Source: Enterobacterales bacterium
GTDB lineage: Bacteria; Pseudomonadota; Gammaproteobacteria; Enterobacterales; GCA-2746155
Length of the DNA: 64,000 nucleotides
Reading direction: 5' to 3'
NCBI GenBank assembly: GCA_965250035.1
Contig: OZ252282.1
Location: forward strand, 657,395 to 721,394
The notes beneath the pieces are model-generated. The model saw only the letters and a program-made list of their open reading frames with translations, was not told the origin of the DNA and searched no databases. A program made the position numbers and the translations under genes. Positions 11,601 through 20,184 of this stretch are shown here, in pieces. The stretch's first letter is position 1; each line of letters starts with the position of its first letter.

Positions 11601-12376
11601 TAGAAAAAAGACAGTTAGAAACAGAAATTGTGGTGCGATTCTTCCGAGCCTTCACATTATTCACAAGGAGTAATTGGTCTAACGTTCCCGAAGGCTTCTC
11701 ATTTAGAGATATTGCGCCCTGGAAGTTTAAAAGAAGACTAAGTTGCCTAGTCAAACCTATAATTCAACTTAACGATGAAGAGGTTTTCTTAAGTTTATCA
11801 TTAATCCGTCTAGGTATTGGCTATTTTCTTGATCGAGCAAAACGTGGTGAATTTAATACTGAGTTTTTTGAATCTACAGGTATGCGTACTTATGTGGGGT
11901 CAATGATCGAAAAAAGAGGCGCGGATTTTACTGAATTAGTTGCATCGAAACTTGAGGCTGATAAATGGTTTGTCAATAAAGAACTTCTCATGAAAACAGT
12001 AGGTGCAACTCAAGAACTTGGTGATATTGATGTGTTAGCAATTAAAGGTGGTGTGATGCTAATTTTCGAATGTAAAAAACTACAAATGGCAAAAACAATC
12101 TCTGAAATTGCAGATGTTTGTAATAGGTTTAGAGGAAAGGAAAAAGATGAACTTAGGAAACATTTGAATCGAGTCGATTGGTCATTAAATAACCTTAATA
12201 TCATGTTGCAGCGGCTAAATTATGATGGGAAGGTTTTGTCTATACGGAGTGCTCTTCTCACAAGCACAGATATGCCTATGAAGTATAAAAATGATTTACC
12301 GATAAATAGTAAAGATATTATCTCTTATAGAGAAATTGATAACTGGTTATCAACTTTAGATTTTCCAAGCTTATAA
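8684..12376 (+). CDS. large hypothetical protein (1230 aa) with a C-terminal PD-(D/E)xK nuclease-like motif
   Basis: A long uninterrupted ORF with SD AAGAGGGA upstream. No P-loop was seen. The C-terminal segment GDIDVLAIKGGVMLIFECKK (nt 12023-12079) fits the D...ExK restriction-endonuclease-fold signature. The rest has no motif I recognise. Confidence 0.75.
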   Translation: MVDLRSQLCTDVGEFLSAYKYKETVAIAAGLLTLPRLSANSIRCETLAHLAVAYSRGNSQPNRTTFNTALNDLLGNTKVAMLEDPQEDVFVSNILTEIGDLRVFNALWEANDYFIQVLIDIVTRYKVPDSLQQIRESCISLLKLSEEVASRSNLSRNFSENSRDKQNINVPRSSKFDSLSKRVTFTNDELENLGISVESIAPFVISNDDLVNLTQSKVGNSILERKPVVEIDGSYILTIPSAVGIAIRYYFLAGCEANSSLSVFSRLLADYQAKQLTDDILFEFKGSFKSIKPELPDIANIPSMHALLLKDNSGTYLHAVILHDKNEQIIDEGMDSYFIPSEEQIEALNQFFHAVAECCKSQDDFVSGSSLITFGGLGRGYNLGFDKWPDDWGFTALSLNDLLLLSNSKSRPLEELFECIRQKQWMEDNGVKVHNINGDMNYFGFWKQNDYKCIPDEIPVSENGFISLYTDFVFSLRRDLRIVGDKHSVKFIDGTWKRVERLTRDSFYEGMKNKPIYASVDHILSGVLNGLVESDFIYLWFGVEFENETLERSMIYEWWSGFIDSVEEALSFISSNVTIEECYSLQVLIDFSNITSTEQLNLDSQENRGYSVNWNIDVCTIQLAPNFLANFAQVDNVGEKLVLYQILYSISDYLAGKGHDIYEYIDRAIDHVLGDSGVRLLHIFMSFDQAEFLLNSESRKPIFIDKKKTTFDLIRISKSLGLYNEEYIGKRNCGAILHSLVDEIWVRISAVLSKVKKKSILNELVSLVNAIEQDRGQWNRTARAVYAIYSKHDDVIRVARDRESNRSLASLCLRSLIEMSLCECPDESEILINEAIIGDLLSLTSLLVNIASDSDAIHWGLVAPKLILNMNGTYLIPTDVMDEMLVPYYTGHFGIQFGGAIEDYEDLYDAKEIEKTDVQVGVFGEEFDNALSEEYGLLAHHIIECWSEIIDLHIESSCTSITISRDAIISHIVEKRQLETEIVVRFFRAFTLFTRSNWSNVPEGFSFRDIAPWKFKRRLSCLVKPIIQLNDEEVFLSLSLIRLGIGYFLDRAKRGEFNTEFFESTGMRTYVGSMIEKRGADFTELVASKLEADKWFVNKELLMKTVGATQELGDIDVLAIKGGVMLIFECKKLQMAKTISEIADVCNRFRGKEKDELRKHLNRVDWSLNNLNIMLQRLNYDGKVLSIRSALLTSTDMPMKYKNDLPINSKDIISYREIDNWLSTLDFPSL

Positions 12377-12410
12377 ATTGAATTCATTACACAGTTGTAT
12401 GCTCACATTT

Positions 12411-12480
12411 GAGAGGCGTTCCCTCGCTAGGGGAGTATAACTACACACTTCTTATACTTAGAATCCCTATCTCTCCATCA
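12411..12480 (+). pseudogene. degenerate tRNA-Ser 3' fragment (anticodon arm to 3' end)
   Basis: The sequence is GAGAGGCGTTCCCTCGCTAGGGGAGTATA...GAATCCCTATCTCTCCATCA. It aligns to the tRNA from AAGGCGCTCCCCTGCTAAGGGAGTATA to GAATCCCTCTCTCTCCGCCA. The variable arm and T stem are replaced. Confidence 0.55.
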
Positions 12481-12497
12481 TGAAAATTATTTTATTA

Positions 12498-12529
12498 AGA
12501 GAGAGGGATGATTTGGAATCCCTCTCTCT
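12498..12529. repeat. inverted repeat built from the tRNA 3'-end core
   Basis: AGAGAGAGGGAT, an 8-nt loop, then ATCCCTCTCTCT. This is a 12-bp perfect stem whose right arm equals the tRNA T-stem/acceptor sequence. Confidence 0.6.
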
Positions 12530-12690
12530 CAGGACATATAGGGTTTGTCCGAATTTTTGTCCGAAATTAATAGTATCTAATATGTAACTATCTGAATTTA
12601 AATGAAGTTTTTGTACGTTCAACGAACACTTGGCTACAAACACAAAAAATTCTGTAACGCACAGATAAATATAGAAAAAATAGCGGGTGC

Positions 12691-12783
12691 GAAGAGGGCT
12701 AATAATGGTGGTTTTCGTACCTCTGCTACGGGAGTATAGGGTTTGTAGCCCTCTCGAGGGTTCGAATCCCTCTCTCTCCGCCA
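12691..12783 (+). pseudogene. 93-nt tRNA-Ser-like chimera (probable att remnant): perfect 3' half, diverged 5' half
   Basis: Same length as the real tRNA. Positions 12729-12783 match the tRNA 3' 55 nt with one mismatch and include CCA. The anticodon loop CTGCTAC retains GCT. The D-arm is AT-rich and unpaired, and the anticodon stem is weakened. Confidence 0.65.
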
Positions 12784-12795
12784 AATAACAAAAAA

Positions 12796-12837
12796 GCCCA
12801 TTAAAATCAATAAGATAGCAATGGGTTTTATTTTTTC
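12796..12837 (+). terminator. possible terminator after the tRNA-like remnant
   Basis: GCCCATT...AATGGGT stem (one G-T pair, long loop) followed by TTTATTTTTT. Confidence 0.4.
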
Positions 12838-12876
12838 ATCCCCCAAAACGTCCTCCATTGATTCTTGTTCATAAGC

Positions 12877-13566
12877 TCATTCATGTATCACTTGGTACGG
12901 ACAATCATCATCCCATTCATGCTGTAAATGTGCTGGAAGCATAATTACTAGGTTCGTTTCAGAAAGCTGACTTAGGGCTCTACTAATTTGATTCATATGA
13001 TATCCGCTGTAGAGAACATTATATGCAGACTTGTATATTAAGCTCTCATCCATGTATTCCAGTAATTCGTCATACTGCAATTTAAACTTTTCTTGGGAAT
13101 GAAAGTTTCCTGAATATAATATCGTATCAATTAAATTTTTATTCGTTTTTATAGGTCCTGAATAAGAGCAATCATATAGCGAAACATCATCGCTTAATTT
13201 TTTCTCCCATGTAGATCTCATATGGCTAAAAAATTTATTAACATGGATATTTTTTACTTCTCTTTCCATGTAGTTGCATATTGAGACAAAACTCATAGGT
13301 TCAGTTTTCATATAAAACAATCGCAATGACCACATAAATAGAGCAATATCTCTAAGTGTGATTTGTTTGGTGGTGTCAACCCATCTTTGACCAACTCGCT
13401 CGATACTGATACGAGCGAATAATTTCCCTTCGTTCATTAACCTTTCTGAATGCCGAATAAACTCATTCTTAACATACCAGAAGTTTTCTGCCTTTCCTCC
13501 ATTATCCACTTCAGGGAAAGTGGTACCTGATATATCTATAGGTATTTGTCTTCCAGTCCAATCCAT
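12877..13566 (-). CDS. hypothetical protein (229 aa)
   Basis: Clean ORF with no motif I recognise. AT-rich. Divergent from the DUF2971 gene. Confidence 0.55.
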   Translation of the reverse strand: MDWTGRQIPIDISGTTFPEVDNGGKAENFWYVKNEFIRHSERLMNEGKLFARISIERVGQRWVDTTKQITLRDIALFMWSLRLFYMKTEPMSFVSICNYMEREVKNIHVNKFFSHMRSTWEKKLSDDVSLYDCSYSGPIKTNKNLIDTILYSGNFHSQEKFKLQYDELLEYMDESLIYKSAYNVLYSGYHMNQISRALSQLSETNLVIMLPAHLQHEWDDDCPYQVIHE

Positions 13567-13815
13567 TATATTTATTGCCTATAGCTCACCTGCTTGGAGT
13601 TATTATTAAGACTAAGGTGACAGAAAACCATCTTCCAGCAACTTAACCTACAGATATCATCATTTTGGAATTAGAAATACTGATAGTTTATAGAGCTGAT
13701 AACTTAATAAGTATTTTAATCACAGACACACCGCAATCTACAGTTGTAGTGAAGGTAGAAATTTAATTTACTGTGATAAGCTGTGCGAGAAATATAACAG
13801 GAACTACAACGATAA

Positions 13816-14772
13816 ATGAATGATATACATCAACAAGCACTAGAAATTTTTTCGCCTAACTATATAGAGCGGGTGAACCGGGTCAAAACAGAACAACTAC
13901 AATTCGTGCAATATACAAGTGCTGAAGCAGCAATGAGTATGATACAGAATCAAGAAATTTGGTTGCGAAATACGCAGTGCATGAATGATTTCAACGAAGT
14001 TGAACACGGGCTTCGTTGCCTGAATGATGCCATCCGTGATCATGAAGTTGGTAAAAATTTTCAAGCTCTTTTTGATGAGTTATTCCCTGGTGTAAGGAAG
14101 ACATTTTTTGAATCCTTTGAGAGTTGGATCCCGCACTTCAAAACGAGCACCTTTATTACATGCGTCTCAGAGCACCCCCAAGATGAAGATAAATATGGAC
14201 GATTATCAATGTGGCGAGCCTATGGAGGGAAATCATCAGTAGCGCTAGTCCTGAATTCTACCCCTTTTTTTGCTGAAACAGATGTTTTTTACGCTTATTC
14301 GTATCCGGTTGCCTACCTAGATAAAGATGATTTTAATCAAGAGTTTACAAAGTTGACCGAGAGGATGCATGATGCGAAATCTTTCCTGAAAGAGTTAGGC
14401 TCTGATGTAGTCTCAAATTATCTTTTTCAGACATTTCAAAGTGCAGTCTTTAGTGTAAAACACCCAGGTTTTAAAGAAGAGCGAGAATGGAGGGTTGTTT
14501 ATAATCCTTCATATAGACGATCTGAGAAAATGTCTATGGAAATTAGAAGTATTAGTGGGGTTCCCCAAGAAATTCAAAAATTACCTTTAAAAGACTTTCC
14601 TGACGACGGATTCACCGGAGCAACAATCCCACAATTTTTAAAACAAATAATTATTGGTCCGAATGATCAACAGATAGTACTCGGAAAAGCATTTGCACAA
14701 TTACTCTCACGAGCTGGTGTTGATGACCCTTGGAGTAGAATTAGTTATTCAGGCATACCATTAAGGGATTGA
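13816..14772 (+). CDS. DUF2971-family protein
   Basis: 318 aa. The N-terminal YTSAEAAMSMIQNQEIWLRNTQCMNDFNE and the internal LSMWRAYGG match my recollection of the DUF2971 pattern (YTs..a..il.n..lw.s....mND..E; mW..Y). Confidence 0.7.
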   Translation: MNDIHQQALEIFSPNYIERVNRVKTEQLQFVQYTSAEAAMSMIQNQEIWLRNTQCMNDFNEVEHGLRCLNDAIRDHEVGKNFQALFDELFPGVRKTFFESFESWIPHFKTSTFITCVSEHPQDEDKYGRLSMWRAYGGKSSVALVLNSTPFFAETDVFYAYSYPVAYLDKDDFNQEFTKLTERMHDAKSFLKELGSDVVSNYLFQTFQSAVFSVKHPGFKEEREWRVVYNPSYRRSEKMSMEIRSISGVPQEIQKLPLKDFPDDGFTGATIPQFLKQIIIGPNDQQIVLGKAFAQLLSRAGVDDPWSRISYSGIPLRD

Positions 14773-15109
14773 GTGTAAATAGCTAAATAATAAAGCGAAT
14801 GAACATAATCACAATATCGTAAAATTCTAACTTGATTTCATGTCGTGAATCGTTTTATTCTAACATTATGGATGAATGTCCGTGTAAAAACGGAAGCAAG
14901 GAAGGCTAAAGCCCACCTGTTTAAATCATTATGAATATAACCTGCTGACTAATGAATTGACGATTTGTTAGTGGCATGAATTACATTCGCCATACATGTG
15001 ATTGAATTTAAGAAAACACTTCAGCAAGCGCTGTAAATGGAAATTATTGTTTATATCTCCATCAACAATTTTTATTAGTGGAGGTATTCTAGTCAACTAG
15101 GAAGATTTA

Positions 15110-17530
15110 ATGAAAACTCACGGAATAGATATTGTTAAACTCGCACAGATAATTGCTATACTCAGTTTGTTCGGGTGCGTATCTAACCTTAATGCGACTG
15201 GTTATGTCGACCGACAGACACGAACTGCTTACTACCAGACTTGTATATCTAATGGGCACGATTATTTTACTAACGTCCCTCACAACCAAATATTTCTAGA
15301 GATAGAAATTGGTGAGAATGATGCTATTACACCAGGCATGTGCGTTGGAACTTCCATCGATCATGTCCACAATACCTATACATGTACACGATCTGGGCCA
15401 GAATATATTGTTCAGTCAACATCAGGAACAGGAAATCCAATCCCCGACTCATATCAAGTAAGGCAAACGTTTCACTGCGTTAGTTCTACATACAATGACA
15501 CGACCACCTCTTCACAAGTAGCAGCGACAGCGATTAAAACGTCAAAAACTGTCACTGATTGTGGATTAACCCCCACGCATCCCAAGAAAGTCACTGTAAA
15601 TGGGCAATTGAAATGTGAGCCAGAGCCTATTCCATGTGAAATTGACACACAACAGAAATGCAGTTCAATACCAAATGGCTCTAACCCAATTTATCAAGCA
15701 ATTTCTCCAGAGTTATCCTTATCACAAAATGCCCCTAATCCAATTAATATTGGCAGCTGCAGTACGAATACATCCACAATACCTGATGAAATTAATGACT
15801 ATCAAGCGATGAGTATTGAAAGAGATTTTCAATTAAATACTGAGTTTGATACACCACTCGTCACAATCCACAACCCTCATACAGGCAATGCCTACTCATT
15901 TTCTGATGATGGGGCTGGTGGTTTTACGACTGAGTCAATCCATAATGCAAGGCTTGAAGGCACCACGGATGGCCAGGGTAATCTGACAGGGTATAACTTG
16001 GTACTTAGCAATGGTTCAGTTGAGAACTACAATGTGAATGGTCGCCTATCCTCAATTACCCAACGAAATGGACAGGGTATCACCATTGGGTATAACTCTA
16101 ATGATAAACCAACAACGCTTACAACCTCATACGGAAGAGTGACGACTTTAAGCTACGACACATCAGGTAAGTTATCGACAATTATTGAAGCTGACAACCA
16201 AACAACCACACTTGAGTATGATACATCTGGAAGGCGTAAAAAAATCATTTTTGATGATAATACTAGTGGCACACTGACTGATAATCCATATGTTGAATAT
16301 CATTATGATGATACCAATAACACAGGTTTGATTACCCGTATATCTGATGAGTCAGGTACTGAGCTTAGAAGCTGGACATACGATGTGGATGGCAATGTTC
16401 TATCTGAAACTGATTCAGGTGGCACTCAATACTTCACATATAATGTCGATGATTCGATCACGATTACGAACAAATTAGGAAAAGATACAACCTATCACTA
16501 TACGATTATTAATGGTGAACGACTCATCACACAGGTTGAAGGCGTTGCGTCGGCAAATTGTGCAGGCGCTAATCAGTATAAGTCATATGATAGGAATGGT
16601 GCACTTATAAGTAAGACTGACTGGTCTGGCAATACGACGAATATCTTGAGAGACAGTCGAGGTAACGAGATAAGACGGATCGAAGCACTAGGTAGCGTTG
16701 ATGAGAGAGTAATACATACCGAGTGGCATGATACATACAAGCTACCTGTTAGAGTAATTGATGACTCTCGACAAACAATATTCAGCTATGACAGCAATGG
16801 AAACTTGCTTAGTAAGGCCACTTCTGAAGCTGACCCAAATTATACAGTCCCAGACAGTGCATCTGTATCACCCCCTACCGACTACATTGCCTATTGGCCT
16901 ATGGAGTCAATTAGTTCAAACACCATCACAGACCAAGTTGGTAGTCATGATGCTTCAGTCGTAGGCAGTCCATCTATCAGTGCTTCTGGCCGAGTTGGTA
17001 ATGCACTCAGTCTTAGTGGGAGTGGTCAGTATGCAACGATTATTGATGATCTGTCATTACAGCCCACGGAAGTTACTATTTGTACATACGTCAAAGGCAA
17101 CGCAAACGCGATAAATGATACTGTTTTTCAATCCTATTCAAAAACGCCCAATATCTCCGGATTCAAACTGCAAGCGTGGTCAAACGGATATATAGGTTTT
17201 CTTGTGGGCGATTATTCAGGTGCTTCTAAAAATGTAGGATACGCTGCGATAAGTATCGGAAAGGTCAATGATAATACCTGGCATCATGTATGTGCCTCAT
17301 ACGATGGAAGCTACCTAAGAGGATATTATGATGGAGTGCTGACAAGCGAAAAGCCATACAACAACGGCATAAAATATTCGTTGACGAATTTTGTTGCAAT
17401 TGGGACATTGTTTAACACAAGCACTCAGCATACTACATTTAATTTCAACGGACTGATAGATGAGTTGAAATTGTATGGTCGAGCTCTTAGTCATGAAGAA
17501 GTGTTGGCGATATTTCTAGAAAACGAATAA
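15110..17530 (+). CDS. A1: secreted YD-repeat protein with Cys-rich N-domain and C-terminal LamG (Laminin_G_3-like) domain
   Basis: 806 aa with SD AGGAAG. The hydrophobic signal ends ...LSLFGC, a possible lipobox. YD/RHS repeats include NYNVNGRLSSITQRNG, LSYDTSGKL, LEYDTSGRR, WTYDVDGNV and FSYDSNGNLL. The last 216 aa (16880-17527) carry LamG hallmarks: WHHVCASYDGSYLRGYYDG and FNGLIDELKLYGRALSHEEV. Confidence 0.88.
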   Translation: MKTHGIDIVKLAQIIAILSLFGCVSNLNATGYVDRQTRTAYYQTCISNGHDYFTNVPHNQIFLEIEIGENDAITPGMCVGTSIDHVHNTYTCTRSGPEYIVQSTSGTGNPIPDSYQVRQTFHCVSSTYNDTTTSSQVAATAIKTSKTVTDCGLTPTHPKKVTVNGQLKCEPEPIPCEIDTQQKCSSIPNGSNPIYQAISPELSLSQNAPNPINIGSCSTNTSTIPDEINDYQAMSIERDFQLNTEFDTPLVTIHNPHTGNAYSFSDDGAGGFTTESIHNARLEGTTDGQGNLTGYNLVLSNGSVENYNVNGRLSSITQRNGQGITIGYNSNDKPTTLTTSYGRVTTLSYDTSGKLSTIIEADNQTTTLEYDTSGRRKKIIFDDNTSGTLTDNPYVEYHYDDTNNTGLITRISDESGTELRSWTYDVDGNVLSETDSGGTQYFTYNVDDSITITNKLGKDTTYHYTIINGERLITQVEGVASANCAGANQYKSYDRNGALISKTDWSGNTTNILRDSRGNEIRRIEALGSVDERVIHTEWHDTYKLPVRVIDDSRQTIFSYDSNGNLLSKATSEADPNYTVPDSASVSPPTDYIAYWPMESISSNTITDQVGSHDASVVGSPSISASGRVGNALSLSGSGQYATIIDDLSLQPTEVTICTYVKGNANAINDTVFQSYSKTPNISGFKLQAWSNGYIGFLVGDYSGASKNVGYAAISIGKVNDNTWHHVCASYDGSYLRGYYDGVLTSEKPYNNGIKYSLTNFVAIGTLFNTSTQHTTFNFNGLIDELKLYGRALSHEEVLAIFLENE

Positions 17531-17647
17531 GAAAACTATGGTCATGAAACTCTGAATATATGTAATGCTCACACTAAACATATCATTTCATTTATAAATT
17601 AATAATAGCCAAATACAACCCGTTAATGAAATCCTCGAGGAAGATTA

Positions 17648-20065
17648 ATGAACATGTCTGTAATTAAGTATCTCTTTATTTGCTGTGTAATCTCATACCA
17701 AATATTTTTAGAATCTGTGTATGCAGACTATATTGACGCAACGGCGGTGCCTAATCAAACAGCATATCAATGTAGATCAGCTGGAGTCGAGGGAGAGAGT
17801 GCCGTTGGAATAGGCGGCTGGTTCAAAATATATACTCCATCCCCTGCCACTAATGAAGCTCTCTTCGCTGCTGCAAATCAATGTAAACAATCTCAGTTGC
17901 CTCCTGACTTTGAAATCAGTGGGGTACATGCTCAACATTGCGTTGCAAAAGCATATACAGAGATTCAGTCACATTGGTATGGAACACTTTATTTAGGAAA
18001 CGACTATCGTTGCACACGACATGACGATTACACAACTAAGACCAAGTATCACGTTTTTGGACAGTTTTATATCCTTGGCAATGAGACGCAATATACTTGT
18101 CCAAACCCAGATTATCCAAAGCTGACCCAAGTTAATGGTGAGCAAAAGTGTGCTTCTATAGCGATACCATGTGAGTCACCATTAAATTTTAAAGAATGTG
18201 GCGCTGAAGAAAGTGGCAGTAATCAAATATTCGCAGAATTGAGCGAAGAAGTAAGCGCTTCAAGCAACAGCTTTAATCCAATTGATATAGGTTCTTGTAC
18301 GACTAGCAATCCTTTGCCTCAAGCCACGCCTAATGACAATCAAGTGACAAATATTGATAGAGACTTTCAGCATCTTTCGAATCTCGATGAGCCTGTCATA
18401 ACAATTCAAATTCCATTTGAAGGGAAATCGTATCAATTTTCTGATAGTGGTGGAAACAACTGGTCACCGATGAACCAAGCAAACCAAGCCTCCTTAGATG
18501 TAGCACGCGATGGCAATGGTGTAGTTACTGGCTATAACTTAACACTTAAAAATGGGGTTGTTGAACAGTACTCCTTGAATGGCCGCTTGATGTCAATTAA
18601 ACAACGTAACGGCCAAACTTCAACGCTTGGCTATAATGGCAATGACCAAGTCGTATCACTCACCGATAGTTTTGGTAAGGTGACCAGTCTTTCATATGAT
18701 GGAGCTGCTAATCTCACATCTGTAACAGGTCCAGACAACCAGACAACTAAGCTTGAGTATAATGCGTCAGGAAAACGGTCTAAGATTATTTACGCCGACG
18801 AAACGCCATTAACAGATAATGATAATCCCTTCATTCAGTACCATTATGATGATACGAATCATAATGGTTTGATCACTCAGGTGACCAACCAAGATGGGAT
18901 TCAGCTCAAAGTATGGACATATGACTCTGAGGGCAGAGTGCTAACAGTCAGCTCACCACAAGGGCACGAGAATAAATCCTACGATTACAATCCTGATGGC
19001 ACAACGACGGTTACAAACGCACTGGGGAAAGAAACCATTTATCATTTCAGCCACATCAATGGGGTGCGGTTAATAACCCAAGTCGAAGGTGTAGCATCGG
19101 CAAGTTGTGCAGGTGCGCATCAATCAAAATCTTATGATGAGAATGGATATTTAATAAGTAAGACAGATTGGAGCGGAAATACGACTTCTTACATTAGAAA
19201 TGCGAAGGGCCAAGAGCTGAGTCGCACTGAAGGGGTGGGGAGTAACTCTGAGCGCGTAGTAACTACTGAATGGCATGAGGCACATAATGTCCCAACACTC
19301 ATTACTGACGAGCATCAAAAGACCCAGTTTATTTACGATTATGAGAGTGGGGTATTACAGAAGAAAATTGTTCTACCCCCTAATGGTATAGAAGAGCCAC
19401 AAGTCGAATTGCCAATTGACCATATTGCTCATTGGACGATGGATAGTGTAAGTGGCGTTACAGTCTCAGATGTCACTGGGGGACATGATGCAACTTCAAT
19501 TAGTAATCCCTCGTTTGTTTCAGGCAAGAACCAAAATTCAATTTCACTCAATGGTTCTGGACAGTATTTAAACATTACTAACCACCTAGATTTGCGCCCG
19601 AATGAAATGACGGTTTGCGCTTGGGTTAAAGGGAATTCGAATACATCGAGTGATGCGATATTTCAGTCATACTCTAGGCGACCTTATCATTCAGGGTTTT
19701 TGTTATATGCAACTAGTAGTGGAAATGCAGCCATTCAGGTGGCAGCCAATACGGGTGGTCTTAATAATGATGACTACGCTGCGTTAGGGATAGGGTATGT
19801 GAATGATAATACCTGGCATCATATTTGCGCTTCGTACGATGGTAAAACCATTAAGGTATATTATGACGGCGACTATATTAGATCTAAACAATTTGATGGT
19901 GGCTTAGACTATGCCACAAACAATTATGTTGCAATTGGGGCTATGTATACAGGGCCTAACAGGCATACAGGCTATGACTTTCACGGAGAATTAGATGAGA
20001 TTAAGTTATTCACCCGAGTGCTAAATGGATACGAAATAAATGAAATTTATCGAGAGTTTGAGTAA
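17648..20065 (+). CDS. A2: paralog of A1 (signal peptide, Cys-rich N-domain, YD repeats, C-terminal LamG)
   Basis: 805 aa with SD GAGGAAG. Signal ...ESVYA|DY. YD repeats include LSYDGAANL, LEYNASGKR and WTYDSEGRV. LamG tail at 19418-20062 (WHHICASYDGKTIKVYYDG, FHGELDEIKLFTRVLNGYEI). By eye, roughly half of the YD-region residues are identical to A1. Confidence 0.88.
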   Translation: MNMSVIKYLFICCVISYQIFLESVYADYIDATAVPNQTAYQCRSAGVEGESAVGIGGWFKIYTPSPATNEALFAAANQCKQSQLPPDFEISGVHAQHCVAKAYTEIQSHWYGTLYLGNDYRCTRHDDYTTKTKYHVFGQFYILGNETQYTCPNPDYPKLTQVNGEQKCASIAIPCESPLNFKECGAEESGSNQIFAELSEEVSASSNSFNPIDIGSCTTSNPLPQATPNDNQVTNIDRDFQHLSNLDEPVITIQIPFEGKSYQFSDSGGNNWSPMNQANQASLDVARDGNGVVTGYNLTLKNGVVEQYSLNGRLMSIKQRNGQTSTLGYNGNDQVVSLTDSFGKVTSLSYDGAANLTSVTGPDNQTTKLEYNASGKRSKIIYADETPLTDNDNPFIQYHYDDTNHNGLITQVTNQDGIQLKVWTYDSEGRVLTVSSPQGHENKSYDYNPDGTTTVTNALGKETIYHFSHINGVRLITQVEGVASASCAGAHQSKSYDENGYLISKTDWSGNTTSYIRNAKGQELSRTEGVGSNSERVVTTEWHEAHNVPTLITDEHQKTQFIYDYESGVLQKKIVLPPNGIEEPQVELPIDHIAHWTMDSVSGVTVSDVTGGHDATSISNPSFVSGKNQNSISLNGSGQYLNITNHLDLRPNEMTVCAWVKGNSNTSSDAIFQSYSRRPYHSGFLLYATSSGNAAIQVAANTGGLNNDDYAALGIGYVNDNTWHHICASYDGKTIKVYYDGDYIRSKQFDGGLDYATNNYVAIGAMYTGPNRHTGYDFHGELDEIKLFTRVLNGYEINEIYREFE

Positions 20066-20184
20066 GGGCTTTGATAATGGATATTTTAATTAATTGTCAA
20101 CATTCGCATTACATTGTTCGAGTTACATGTAATGCAATTGATTCTACCAAATATTGGATACACCGATAATACCAAGGAAGTTAA

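Noticed and set aside
12467-12858. Track ORFs 12467-12784 (-) and 12634-12858 (-).
   Set aside because: They run antisense through tRNA-derived remnants and a terminator and have no SD. Their sequences (e.g. EGFEPSRG) are simply the translated tRNA T-arm, which is a classic false ORF.
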